NCBI GenBank assembly: GCA_023920165.1
Contig: CP089281.1
Coordinates: 186,001-250,000, forward strand
From: Curvularia clavata
Lineage: Eukaryota
DNA length: 64,000 nt
Reading direction: 5' to 3'
Below, piece by piece: positions 1-12,936 of the stretch. Every line of letters starts with the position of its first letter. Position 1 is the first letter of the stretch. Both the position numbers and the translations under genes were made by a program. The notes beneath the pieces were generated by a model. It was not told where the DNA came from. It saw only the letters and a list, made by a program, of their open reading frames with translations, and ran no database searches.

Positions 1-334
1 GTTTGTCGCCCGCAATGTCCTGCTTTGGAGTAAAGGAAAAGGATATCGAGTAGCGATCGTACGGATGCTGGGGCGTGGAGAAGTACGGCGACGTAGCTGG
101 AGAGCCTTCGGGTAGACCTTGGAATCGTCAGTCGTTGCTGCTAGTGTTTGCGGGGTACAAAGGGTAAAGCGTACCGCGATAGTCTTTGATGCGCATGTGT
201 AGTCTTGCATCGATGAAGTCAGAGGATATGTCGACTGGCTTCTCACTGTTTACAAGTACAGGCTGCTGCTTGGAGACATCGTAAGTTGCGCCTGCAGTGA
301 CGCGCAGTATGTATTGCTCGTGGCTCGTCATCAT
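1..334 (-). CDS. DUF1769-like conserved fungal protein, 5' part (runs off the window start)
   Basis: N-terminus YILRVTAGATYD...VNSEKP...RIKDYRG. Intron 174..118 (GTACGC...CTGAC...AAG) splices to GLPEGSPATSPYFSTPQHPYDRYSISFSFTPK, a pattern recalled for DUF1769 proteins. Confidence 0.7.
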
Positions 335-2127
335 ACAGTATCACACAGTGTGGATTATCTGCAAATTTACAAAAATAAAACGTTCTGCCGAGAGCAAGGT
401 GACTGCAAGTAAACAGAAAGGGTGTCTTGGTGTATGTGCTTGTTGCGCCGTCATCAAACTGCGCCGCCGCTTTCGCCGCCGCCCAAATTTTGGCCATGGC
501 CGCAATGACGTTTTGGCGACGCAGGGACAACCCACTACGACATTGTCTAGTCTAAGCTACACTCGGCGTTTACCCAATATGATGTATGGATCAGAATCCC
601 ATGCTCTGTCAAAAAGAAGGTAAAGACGGAGACTCTGGTGTTCTTTGTTGTTGTCTTCCTTTATTTCATCTCTTGCTCGATCCGTGCTGAGAAGACATCT
701 TGTCACGTGGGATACAATCACGTGAGTGTCTTTGCTCTCTATAATGTGTCAGAACGCCAGTCGCAGCTCCTCACAAATCTGATCCCCCGCCATGTCGAGA
801 TTTGATTACAGATCTTCAATGCAGCTACTACACTAATGCCCTGCATGCTAACACCCTGTAACAGATCAGACTTCGACCCCAGGAATGAGTATCTGCTATA
901 TTTCGAAGACCGATGGTGCGCCCTATTCCCATGCAAGCCCCATGACCTTTTGCAGCATGTGCGGGCGTGCTAGACTGTAAATACAAGGCGTGTGGATGTG
1001 AATTTGCGGGAAATAGGTTTCTATGCTACCTGAACGAAATCAAAGAAAAGACGCCTCCATGCCGGTATGGGAAAGCCCCATATTTACTGGCTTGGCTTGG
1101 ATATTGGTGGATAGTCGGTCTTTACTAACCCAACGCCCTCTACTAGGGTAATGCTAGCATAGGCCAGTCTAGATGGGTTCATCAAAGGCGCGGAGCGATG
1201 AGGTCAAGAATATTCCAACGAGACGTTTCGGTGCTTCGCAGCAAGTGGCATGAGCATTGTTCTCGCCCGCAAGCTCAGCCAATCTGTCTTCCACAATGGG
1301 TTGGTCCCCGAAAAGGACCATGTGATAGGCAATGTGATACATAGTGTGCGGCTTGATTCAGTACCTGGGCGCTGTATCCTCGTTAACAGTGGAATAGTAC
1401 GGAGCAGTACCGAGAACCCAGCGGTGTGGTCACCAGTCAGTCTCTCCCGTGTCAGGCGTCCAAGCTCGCACGATGGCGCCTCATCACTAGCCCGATTCTC
1501 CACTCGCCCTCAGCGCCCGTTTCTGTTAGCGAAGCCCGACAGGCAGAACTGGGTAATCTGCTAGCTGTATGCAATAATAACCCAAACCTACCCCGTACAA
1601 ATGCGTTGAGGCTGAAATATCGAATGCAAGGCACAAGGTTGATCGGCGCTATCAAATGCTTGGCACGAGTTACTTCGACTTCAACACCCTCCAGCTCTCC
1701 ACGCCAAGAAACTCCGCATCTCTCGAGGCTCATGGGACACGACCCTTTCACTTGGCTGGCCCACGTCTATGGCGCGGCTTCGCTCCCCCGGATGCCCTTG
1801 CGCTTCTTTCTTTACAATTTTGCATTACTAGCCAAGGTACTACTCTCAGCTCAACCCACTGGCCTTGCAGCCATCGTGGCGCACACAGCACCAATTCAGT
1901 CAAACTGAGCGAGCCTCATCATATGTCTCTATACTGGCGCTGAGTAGTCTTCACCGGCTTCGACAGTCTAGACTTGCCTTCGCGACTTGACCAAGCCATG
2001 TCATCTCTCACTTAGACCGCAACCACGCGAGGAAAGCACATGTATAAATGCCAGCACTGTCCATGAACAAGTCATCACAGCAGCTCGTTCCTCACATTTA
2101 CAAGCTTCCGCCGTCAATTACTTCAAG

Positions 2128-3893
2128 ATGCGTTACTCCTTCGCTGCCTCTGGCCTTCTTGGCCTGGCTGCCGCCCTGCCCCAGAACATCAACATTGATG
2201 CTGTCTTGGCTGTTCCCACTCCCACGGTGCTGGGTCCTGACGCTGAGGCAACGGCACCGGCCACCAGTGTCTACAACCCCACTGCTGCCGCTTCTTCTGC
2301 TGCCGCCGTCGTCAAGAGTGAAGGTGCCATTGCCAAGCGTGACCAAGTATGGGACGAAAACGTCGCCATGTTTATCGACACAGAAGTTCTCGACACCGGT
2401 AACACAACCATGACGAGGCGTCACGCAGCCATGAAGAAGCGTAACGCTTGTGATCCACAGCCTCTTGGGTAAGCATCTCGTACAACCTCAGACGGTAGTC
2501 TCATTAACCTTGTTCAAGCAACGGCCCCGCTGTTTCACCGGACACTGCCGCCGCATTCTCCTCGTCTGCCCAATTGAGCCAGATTGCACGGGCCGCTGCT
2601 ACTCCGTCGGGCTACAAACAGTCATTCGTAGACCAGAGCGGAAGCTCCCAGCAGATTGGTTACTTGACCTACAGGACCTACCAGACCTACGATGTTCAGG
2701 GCTGTGCAGATGCTTGCGACAGCGAGAAATACTGCCTCGGCTTCAACATCTACTTTGAGCGCGACCCATCCGTTGAGCCTGGACCCAACTGCGCTGACCC
2801 CCCTTCCACTACTAACATCAAGTGCGCCCTCTATGGATATCCTGTCGCAGTCAAAGCTGCTACCAACACTGGTCAGTGGCGTCAAGACTTCCAAGTCGTC
2901 ATTGCCGGCAGCAACGGTTACAGCAAGACCAACAAGGGCCTGCCCACCGTCAAGGACTTCAAAGCCCCATTGAGCCTCCCAGCAGCCATCAATGCGCCCC
3001 TTGACAACGGCTACGATACCTACAACGGCATGCGCCTTTTCAACGATAACCCCTTCGACCCTGCTCTCTGCGGTGCTGCATGTGAGGCCCAAACAGAATA
3101 CGATATGGCCCACCCCGACTCTGATGGCAAGTACAAGCCTTGCAATTTCTTCACCACGTACATCCTCACCCGCAATGGGGTCCCCCTCGGCACGTACTGT
3201 GCCCTCTACACTCGCTCTTGGGATTCCAGCTACGCAACCAACACTGGCTACTATGCTGGTGACGACAAGTACGAGGTAATCAATGCTGGCTCATACGAAA
3301 TCACTAGCCCTAGCACTGGTGTCGTTCCCGGCTCATCTAGTCCTGGTTCCAACGTCTTGGGAAACCCTGGTTTCGAGTCCACTCCATACGGTGGTTCGAT
3401 GGCCCCTTGGTTTGGCACAGGTGGTGGATACGTTTATCACAACGACTACAAGCCGGCTACCCATAGTGGATCAAACTACATGTGAGTGCCATTCATCAAA
3501 ATCTAGTGTATCGAGCTGACAGAAACTCACAGGATCCTGTACTATTATGGCGGCCAAGCCAATCCCACGCCAATCCTGTCGCAATCGCTCAAAAACCTCG
3601 ACACGAGAAAATCATATTCCCTAACATTCTACTGGGATCTTTACGGCATAAGCGCAGCCACTACCTGCACTCTTTCCGTGACTTTGGGCAATGTCAACAT
3701 CTACACCAAGACAATGACGGTCAGCGACGGCGTAGGCTTTCAGAAATGGAATGGCCCAGCCACCTCAACTTCAGTTAAACCCTCTTCGAGTGAGGCAACT
3801 CTATCGTTCAAGTACGACTGCATCGCTCGTGGAAACTCAGGTGCTCCTTACAGCTTTCTCTTCTTGGACGATGTTAGTTTGAATACCATCTAA
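2128..3893 (+). CDS. Secreted Cys-rich protein: two PAN/apple-like modules plus a C-terminal CBM-like beta-sandwich
   Basis: Signal peptide MRYSFAASGLLGLAAA and KR processing sites. Introns 2469..2518 and 3482..3532 join the three ORFs in frame. Motifs CADACD..CLGFNIYFERDP and CGAACE..CNFF, then NVLGNPGFES (CBM4/9-like start). Strong C-ending codon bias. Confidence 0.8.
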
Positions 3894-5131
3894 TGGGCTC
3901 TGCATTACCCTCCCAAGTCCCATCTTGGCATTTCTGTAGATTTAGCCTAAAATTTATGACCATTATGAGAGTAATTTTTGAGTTATTGTTTCACGACTAA
4001 TGTGAATTCCAACTAGCTACGACCTTGAATCTCCGAAGCCCAGGTCAACCACATCCCTGAGGACTGTATAGCCGGATCGTGGTACCCCATCTGCGTTAAG
4101 TCGGGGTCAGAGTGGACGCTTCGCTGGGAAGACGCCTCGGACAAAAACTACTCATTAAAGTGCGCCCATGTTTTTGATCCCATGATCAATGACGATAATT
4201 CAAAGTCATTCGGACATGGATGCATTTGGGTATGCATGCTAACTTTTCACATACAGGTGGTACAGAGGTGCTCTAAGCCAAGGAAAGGTTGAAGAATGAG
4301 GCACAGCTTCTTACAAAATACTGTCTGAGTGAAAGTTGCTGTCGGCGTGTCTGGTAGCACAACCTCGTCGGGAATGCCGTCCTCGTCCTTGCCTCTGGAA
4401 TTTCAAATATTCATGCACGAGCCTATCAGGGTTCCGGTACCAGAATGCCTGGCTGAGGTACAGTAAAGCAAGCCCAGCTCCGAAAGCAATCAGGCACTTC
4501 TGATGCTATCACTGCCTGGGAATTCCCTGCAGGACAAGGCTGTAACATGCAACGCAGTCTTCCCATTACAGACTTGCATAATTTGCAGTGTTACTGTATA
4601 GCCACTGGCCTAGATCAGACGCGTGTGGGTTGTAGCCACGGGTCGGCATTACTTGGTAACCCCGCCTGAATGTAGCATTAACCACCACCATGATTATGGA
4701 CATCATTAAAGCGTCCTCAAAACCTTATCTAGTTAGCTGGTCTTTAGCGTATATAATTAATATCCTATGGAAGCAAGGTCTATTTGACTCTCTCAGGGTC
4801 TACCTTGCAAGGTTGCCTCAAAGTGTGAGCTCTCAAAGTGTGAGCGATTCTTGCTTTCATGCATATTGGAACAACTGCTGTTGTAATATTGATGAGTCTC
4901 TTGAATCGCATGTGATATAGACGCTGTGCCCTCAAAACCGCATCTGTAGTTGATGAAACTGTAGACAAGGCAGTCTAAATGGGCCTGGTAGAGTATTCTT
5001 ACAACTGAATAACGGTCAACCTATTATCTTGGAGCTGCACCATCATACCCCCAGTTGGACAATTCATATCGTTTCTAATTTAGCAACTGCATGAGTTTTT
5101 TTAATAAAACTGTAGCTGTCCGTCTCTGGCC

Positions 5132-5863
5132 ATGCACTGTCCCATGTTCGTCAACTTCAAAGCTCGCGTGATTTTCCCTAGCTCCCTCGTGGGTGCAACG
5201 CTGTCAGCGGCGCTACCGGTTATCGGGGCGGTGTTGGCCGTCATTGGTGTTGTGATTATGCTGGTCGGATTTCTGTCTGGGTTGCTTTCAAATGACCCTC
5301 CATCAGATCCCGTCAAGACCTACATCGAAAGCACGGGCCGTTCGCTCATCTCCAGCTTCAGCAACGCCCCAGACTCACAGCTCACGTATATCGTTTCCCC
5401 ATCTTCAGCCATACCGGGCAATGTCATCAGCTTCATCATTGAGGGCGCCAATAACTCTTCCTCTGACGTCACTATCACGAGCATCACCATCTCGATGCTT
5501 AGTGGCGACTCGGACTCATGCCTCTTCTCAGAAATTGAGGACTATGCCCTAGCTGGAGACAATGATCCCGGAAAAGCTAACTCCCGACATGTCTACGTGA
5601 CGCTTAGCAGTAACGTGGGTGGTAGCTTGCCCTTCCGAACTCGTCTGGAGTCCGACGTTCGTACATATTATCAGTATAATCTCCAGGTCGGTGGGACAAA
5701 GAATGAAAGTGAGGGCATGCTGCACGCGTTGGTGTTGAAGCCTGCGGAGAGATTCAAAGCTGTGTGGATTTCGACAGTGAGGAGTGGGAAGACAGGTCGG
5801 GTGGACGTAGTCGAGAGGGTGAAGACTGACATGTTCCACGCGCAGCTTAGTATTACGCGTTAA
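5132..5863 (+). pseudogene. Probable 3' remnant of a larger gene (hydrophobic helix plus beta-rich domain), or a short orphan CDS
   Basis: 243-codon open frame with coding-like composition and a TM-like segment LPVIGAVLAVIGVVIMLVGFL. The upstream sequence is stop-rich with no convincing start, and the ORF ends about 40 bp before a TIR. Confidence 0.4.
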
Positions 5864-5904
5864 TCTTTCAGGAAATTGATTGCGTCGTCCCAACAGTCTC
5901 TAAC

Positions 5905-5949
5905 TAACGTCCATCCCTAAGTCACGAGACGCACCCCGTCGCGAGACGG
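5905..5949 (+). repeat. Tc1/mariner (pogo/Fot1-type) terminal inverted repeat, left-facing copy
   Basis: TA+ACGTCCATCCCTAAGTCACGAGACGCACCCCGTCGCGAGACGG matches the reverse complement ending at 12326 at 32 of 43 positions. A TA-ACGT start is typical of fungal pogo TIRs. Confidence 0.6.
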
Positions 5950-6706
5950 ACACAGGTACTTTGAGATCAAACAGTTACAATCTTTCGAGCCCGTGTGATT
6001 AATACACAACAATTTGTCAATAGCTCGACAGCCTACTTAATCCCACTTCTATATTTGAAGATACAAAAATTACGCCGTCGTTGATGCCTGCACGCTGTGC
6101 ACAGTCGAGCCTTCGATTATGCCTAAATCCATGCCTATGCTATCTAGCATAGCGTTTGACCCCTAAGACCCTGTTAAGGTTATAAACTAATTCTTCTGGG
6201 CCTCTGAATGTCACTATAGGTATAGGAAGTTACTACCAGCCTTGTGGTGGTTGTCGCGCGCTTGTTCATGCGTGATTGCTACCCCGGTCGGTACGTGAGA
6301 TCGCAGCAGCTTCCCAATACGGTTAGTGCAGAACTGATCCCGCACTTCCAATACGAGTAGCGTGTAATTTACTTCAGGCTGCCAAGAAAGTGGCTATTAT
6401 GGCTGTGCAGCTTACAAAGTGGACATATGTTGAAATATCACTTAGAATAGATAACTGTATCTTTATGCTCTAATGTCCATCCCTTCATAACAGACGTCTT
6501 GGTGTGCCGGAACTGACCAAGTAATTCCTCAAGACTCTACAACTGTCACACGTATATGCTATTCAGCTCCAGATACTGCCAATGCAGTATACTGTACCTT
6601 TTTGGGCACGTGATGGCCTAGGTGGAGCTGAGCCAGGTATCGTCACAACAACCCTCGCTAACTGACCAAAGATTTATGTACATTCACTAGTTATAGCGTT
6701 AATGAC

Positions 6707-6787
6707 TTGCGCTTTCGGTTTGCCGAAGGCCTAAAGTACAAAACTGTCTCATTTCAGGATACATCCTGGACCTCAGGATGTACATTA
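6707..6787 (-). repeat. Transposon end (TIR plus subterminal sequence), mutated copy
   Basis: About 80-bp direct match to 12245..12326 (about 62 of 82 identical by eye). It ends in ...ACAT-TA and differs mostly by C>T/G>A transitions. Confidence 0.65.
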
Positions 6788-8705
6788 CCTACGATTCTAT
6801 CCGTCACCGCGGTTGTTCCGTTACAAAGAGATGCACATTATAAGACTTTCTATTTAATATTTCAAGTTCTCCGAACGTACATCCATGCGTCACGCAAACA
6901 TCCCCGTGTCGCAAATTTCAAGAGGTACTTCGATTTTGATAATCTATTTTACGACCTACGCGTTGTTGTTCTGCTGAATCGTACAAGATTCGTGTTCTAT
7001 AACTTTTTCTATAGATATACCGCCCTCTCTATACAAGAATTACGTAGTCGTTATCCTATAGGTATTGATCCGGAAAGAGTCATGCCTAAAGCCTTGAATA
7101 TGCTATCGTTGCCGGATCGCCTTAGCCAAAGCCACATCACTGCTCATACACTTATATGACCTTATACAAGCCTGGCAAGCCTTTGACAATGCTGAAAAGT
7201 CAATGCTGGCTTTAGGACCAATGCGGCGTTCAGATCCATGCGTGATCGCTAACCGACTCGGTACTCTTCCGAATAGCGCTTTCCAGATATGGCCTGCTCG
7301 TTATACGCTGACGTAATCCTTACGGTATCTTCAATTCTGCCAAGTCTGTGGCTCAATAAGACTGTGGCTGATTGCGCTAGCCACAACGTGGATCACGTTA
7401 CTCATTAGTGCCCCGCGATGCCCACATCGCAGTCCCTTCACGTGGCGACCTCAGTGTTGCTCATCAAGTCTCTCGATTCTTATGTGCGCAAGTCTATCAA
7501 AATCGATATGTGCCACATTCAGCTTGAAACCATGCCCTTTTTACGCGACTGGACGCGGAGGGATGGCTTATCAGACAACTCAGGCTTCTTGTCCCACCCA
7601 CGTGACTTCGTGTGGACTGTCTGACGCGTGCATAAAAGGACGCGTCTCTCCGCCGCCTCAGCTGAATCCACACTTGCGTCCTGTGTTTCAGACTCGACTG
7701 TTGCATTGGTACTTCTCCACGACGAGACGATAAGATGGCCTACCATACCATTCCAGCCGGCGACTTCTTCACCTACAGTCCCAAGATACGCATTCGCCGA
7801 AACCCCGCCGTAGACGATGCCGTGAACAAGGCCACGATATGGATCGAGCAACAAGCTGATAAGGGTGGACGAATGAACTGTCAGCTGCACCCAAGCTCTG
7901 ACGAGGAGAGAGACGGGCACTTAACCCGACTCATGGGAGTCAAGAAGATGCATGCTATGCTGCTTGAGCTGGAGGGCAAGACCGACTACAAGCTCATGTA
8001 TCATAAGATGGTGAGTCTCTGGTCATGTCAATACGTGGAGGTGCAAGATTCACTAAGATATGATGGTAGGAAAAACAATGGTGCGCTGCAGATGACGAGC
8101 ATCCATGCGGCATGCTTGCACTTAGCGATAAGTGGTGGATGACGTCCTGGGATGACTGTCATCTCGGAAGGTACGGACATCAGAGGAGGGAAGAACAAAG
8201 CTGTGTCCCCGTGCAAATGAAGGAAGAGAAATGGTATACATTCTCAGCGCAGAGTAAGCCTCGTCGTTAACTTCTTGGAGACAATTGACTAATTTGTATA
8301 ACTTATAGACTGCAAGTATTGCAATAGAGGCTACGACACGATTTCGCTGGCCTAAACAAGCGGTTGGGAAGGTTAGCACCGCGTAGCAGCGCTTGGTTGA
8401 ATTAAGACGATAGGAGCTTGAGCTTCTTGGACGATGATTAGGGATGTGTACATCAGCAAAGGCAGCCAGCTGTCCTCTTGCTTACGTGTGATATAGCTTC
8501 AATATATGCCTACGTACACAGCGCCTCAAGAAGTTGCGTGTTTCCTAGTCCTGGTCTGCGCTAGGGCCTGATCATGTTACGGTAAGGAAAGAGTGATCTT
8601 CGCTCTTATCCCTGTAGAGCACCATAGGACAGATGTAGTAAGGCCATGACCCTTGACGAGTGCAGGGCCGGAAACCGATTGTGCTCGCGATCGTCATCAA
8701 TATGT

Positions 8706-10492
8706 TCATCTGTCATCACCGCATTTGTGCCACTGCTGCTCTCCACGTTTCCAGCATCGGATCAATGACCGCTTTGCTTGCTCGTGCAGCTTTGGCTGAT
8801 GGCCCTGACGCGTCTTGTTCTTGCTCATCTGAGCGCCTTCTTCGGCCGCGATACTTTCACGCTTCCGACCACGTTTCTTTCCTTCCTCGCCTCTATCTAC
8901 CAGCGTTGTTGCCTTTGGCCGGCCGCGCTTTGCTTTACCTGCAGCCTTTTTGGCAGTATCTTGCTTAGCACGTTCTGCACTGTCTACCCGGATTGCTTCG
9001 AGATCTTCTTGTCTCATTACCCGTCCTTCACCATTCTTCCCAGGCTTCTTCAGGATATCTGATTTTGTATTTCGGCGAGTCTTAGCCTCGTCATTGGCAG
9101 CTTTGAAAAGCCTAATGTAATTCCGGTTAAGGGTTTGTTGGGCAATAGACCTTTGGGCGGCGTTGGCAAGCTTCTGAGTCAGTCTATGACGAAGTATCTC
9201 GTTTGGTCCCTCATTACGAGAATCTTGCTTGATGAGGCTGAGCAGTTGTGTTACGGCTTCTGATGACACGGGTGTCACTGGCGTCTGGATTACTTCGTTT
9301 TATGCACTTTCGGTTTCGCAGGGTACTTGATCGGTCAGTGGGGCGTCTGGCTTTACGATATCACGAAGAACCCTCGACGGGTTAAACGGAAACAGGCCGG
9401 TCTTGGCCTAGCCAGCAAGTATATTCTTCCTCGTCATCGCCCTTTCTCTCGCGCGACTGTATATGGCAGTGAAGTGTTCTTTGTTGACATTTGTCAGGCC
9501 TCCATGGTAGCGGCGCTCGACTTCATCTCGGTATGCTGTTTTCAATGGCCCGAAAACCGATACGTCACAGCGCTGTGTCTTGTGAGACGTGTGAGAGGGC
9601 AGTCTACATAGGATAATGCTGTTCTCCAGGCAGAATTTGATGATCTCAAGGGTCTCATGTGTCCCAAAGCCATCGCAGATGAGTATCCGTGGTTTCCCAT
9701 TAGCACGAGCTTTAGTCTGAGGGTCAAAGACTCGTTTAATCCACTCTAGGCCGAGGAAAGAGTCATTGTAATCTGTTCTAGAAAGACCATAGAACCATCC
9801 AGGGGTAGAGTATGTCGTCCAGTTGCTCCTATAGGTAGATGCAGGCCAGATGATCATCGGATTGAGATACTCACCACTTGCTGACACGCACTCGATAGCA
9901 GTTACCATCGTCCGCTTTGTGCCAGTACCTCTATAGTCACGTCTATCATCCTTACCTATAAGGACTTTGACAGAGCCAAGCATAGAAAGCATGATGCCTG
10001 TCTCATCCATATTATAGCAATTCTCGGGCACAATGTCTGGCCTACAGAGGTCCTCCTTAATTACATCGAACCAATATACCACCTTGTCATATAGGTTATT
10101 GTCATGATGCTCCTACGACATGGGCCTGTTATTCCTCGATTTGAGCTGTGGGTGGCGGTGATGGAAGGCCTGAGGCCAGTTCTTGTTCGGCGGTTCGGAG
10201 GGTCGGTTCGTGGCACGTCGACTGGCGATACAAAAGGCAAGTGCAGGTATATACTTAACACGTACAGGAGTTCCGACTGCACTAATTCGTAGGACAAAAG
10301 CAACGAGAGCTTTCTCTTCGGGTGGGGTGAGGTATTGCTGGCCTTGAGCGTTATCCTTATCGAAGGTTGTCCGCGCTTCCGGTAATAGCGGGTATGGTAG
10401 GGTATCACTCCTTCGGTCTCGGTGCGGGCAGTCCAGTTAGCAGGCACATTTATGGAGGCAGTTTGCGCCAGCACTTCGCTGGTCGGATCCAT
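8706..10492 (-). mobile_element. Degenerate pogo/Fot1-family DDE transposase (HTH-CENPB plus DDE_1)
   Basis: Starts MDPTSEVLAQ; shifted frame gives QQYLTPPEEKALVAFVLR. DDD motifs NMDETG / ICDGFGTH / QRCDVSVFGPLK, and C-terminus QKLANAAQ...EAKTRR. TGG>TAG stops near 10113 and 9408 plus frameshifts. Confidence 0.92.
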
Positions 10493-10791
10493 TTTCACTG
10501 TGGTGTTGCAAATGCCGCCGTCTGGGCCAGTACGAAGGACACCACACCTCGCGCCCTTCCGGTCGCAACAAAGGAAACCGCCTGCGCTAATGCACATGAT
10601 CGTTGTGGACGCTTCGAGGCCGTGCGCCATAAGCTGGTTGCATTAAGCTAGCTCGAGGATAGATACGGTAGTTAGTTACTCTTTACTAATAGCATTAACA
10701 CCGCCTCGCTCTAATCTTTCAGCTTACTAGCGATAAGCTATCTTTAGTAGGCTAAATGTAGTAACGTCGCAAGGCTAAAGCTTATAAGACG

Positions 10792-11628
10792 TGTAAGAGG
10801 GGAGACAGTATAAAATAATATTATTTATAAAATGATACTCTAGGATCTTAAGCGTCTTATATATTTTAAAGCTATCAAGAATTAGTACGCGCGGTCTTTT
10901 GTTAGCACGTTCCTTAGTTTTAGAATTAAATACGCGCTTAAGCTACTATTGTAAGGGTGTAGTTAGTCGAGGCTACGGTTTCTACTCAGTGAGCGGTAGA
11001 GTCGGTGTAGGAGTGAGTGGACAGGCAACTGAGGGGAGGAACAGGAGAGAAAGATTGGAGTTTGAGTACTATTGTCTGTGAGGTGTCTGACTGTCTCTAA
11101 CTACTGAAAGGGGTGGGCTTATAACTACCAGCCCACGTGACTATGGATTACATAACCAATGTAGTGTAATGGTGCATTACGCACCGTTACAATAGCAGAC
11201 ACTAAGCTAACTATAGATTATTTCTAGATAATATACTATAAAGAAGAGCTAACTATAGTATAAAATTAGCTAGACTTAGCTAATAGTAGCAGCTTAATGG
11301 CTCTATAAGCGTAATAAGCAGTAGTTCTACTAGCTTCGTCAAGCCTGCAGCTGTCAAGTAGAAAGTAAAGTAGAAGAATAAAGAAAACCTACTTGCTCTA
11401 GGCTAGCTAGCGCGGCAAAAGGCATATGCAGTAATAGCGTGGCTATTCTACAGCTTATCAAGCCTGCAGCCTAGCAGCAAGAAGGAGAAAGAAAGTAAAG
11501 AGTAAAAAGAGAGTAAAAAGGGAGTAAGAGGTGAGGCGGCAGGCCAAAGTGGCGCAGCCGACAGCTGAGTTAGCCCACAGGTGGCGTAGGTGGCGGCTGA
11601 GTCATGCTTTTGGGCCTGCGACCTTACA
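10792..11628. mobile_element. RIP-degraded LTR-like fragments (possibly nested solo LTRs)
   Basis: TGTAAG at 10792 and 10950, GTTACA ending 11191 and CTTACA ending 11628 give TG...CA inverted termini within TpA-rich, ORF-poor DNA. No matching target-site duplication found. Confidence 0.4.
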
Positions 11629-12244
11629 GAGAGTGCTATAAGAGACTCCGCTATAGTCTGCTAGAATATAGTATAATCTACGCACGCTAATAGGGACGTC
11701 TTAAACTAACACTTACCTTACTTTATTTATAGTAATTAGTAATAGTCTATAGTGTAGATAATCTCTTATTATTTAGAGAGGTTGCGAGGTACTAGAGTAA
11801 TAAAAAACTTATTTTTGTTCTAAGACCTATAACACGCGCTATAGCTGTTTTTAGATATCTAGAGTAATAGAAAATAGCATAGGAATATAATATAGTATTA
11901 CGTTATTAATATAACACAGTTAAACGCATCTCGCCATCTAGGGAGGCTTCTATGCGTCTCTTTCTCTATATAGCAAAACTGCTAGCATCCACAATTTTAT
12001 CTATTAGGTAGTGCCAATCTCTAGAAAGACTAATTCTAATATTTGTATTTCTTTTGTAGGCATCTGAATATTTAATAGAAATCTAAAATCGCGTTTGGAT
12101 AGGGGCTAAGTGATAGAGAAGGGACAGACCGCCTTAAAGAAAAGATTAGCAGCATAATCAATCTTGTAGAAATCTTATTTAGAGGCTGTCTAGTTTAAGT
12201 AGCAACTATATAAATTTACTTTTATTTACTACAGCTTTATTGGC

Positions 12245-12326
12245 TTGCGCGTTCGATTTTCCGAAGGTCCGAAGTGCAAAACCGTCTCGTCTCAGGGTGC
12301 GTCCCGGGTCGCAGGGATTGACATTA
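12245..12326 (-). repeat. Transposon end (TIR plus subterminal sequence), less mutated copy
   Basis: Direct repeat of 6707..6787 and inverted match to 5905..5949, flanked by TA. Confidence 0.65.
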
Positions 12327-12534
12327 GGTAGTCATGTTACGCTTGTAGCAGATATGACGATTTTCTTGGAGTAGTAACTACAGCTACATGAACATGAATA
12401 AAATCTCAACATTCTAACAAGGCCCTACCTATCTCCGCTAGATGCCCCTGTAAAGAGATCTGGGCCTAGGTAGTAGGATCTGGACCAGGCTTTCATTTTG
12501 CTTTTAGTCATATCCCATCCGCCGAAAGTCGGGG

Positions 12535-12936
12535 TCATCCAGTACTGCATTGGTCAATGATCATTCCCGCAATACAAGTCATCAACCTACGAAACTTCCC
12601 CTCAACTCGCTGCAGATGTATTCCACGCCATTCCGCAACCCTCTCTAGCAGCTTGATCTCCGTGAGCCAAAATATATATCGATATTCAACGGTTGCACGA
12701 TCTTCGCCCTTGGAACGATCTCCGTCAAGGGCCCAGTTTTCCTTGAAATCCTTATAGCAAGGTCTATCTTGATGGTGATTCCACAAGTCGAATACCTTCC
12801 TGTCTGCCTCTTCAGGATATTCTAGGTTGAGTTCGAACTTCTCATTAAGAAATCGGAGATCGAAGTAACATGATGATTGGAGAGTCTCCTCGAGTTCAGC
12901 GATCAGATGTTTCTTTCGTGCCTCGAAGTCAGCCAT
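12535..12936 (-). CDS. Small hypothetical protein (about 133 aa, helical, charged)
   Basis: ATG in TCAATGG context, open frame MADFEARKKHLIAELEE...DQCSTG with protein-like composition. No family recognised. Confidence 0.5.
   Translation of the reverse strand: MADFEARKKHLIAELEETLQSSCYFDLRFLNEKFELNLEYPEEADRKVFDLWNHHQDRPCYKDFKENWALDGDRSKGEDRATVEYRYIFWLTEIKLLERVAEWRGIHLQRVEGKFRRLMTCIAGMIIDQCSTG

Noticed and set aside
6707..7159. 150-aa plus-strand ORF
   Set aside because: It begins inside a TIR. The opposite strand looks more like a stop-riddled gene relic, and neither can be assigned.
7418..8220. Fragmented ORFs with a GTGAGT donor near 8011
   Set aside because: Possibly a pseudogene, but no consistent gene model or family motif was found.
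10792..11628. Intact solo LTR with target-site duplication
   Set aside because: No pairing of the TG..CA ends gives matching 4-5-bp flanks, so it is kept only as low-confidence fragments.
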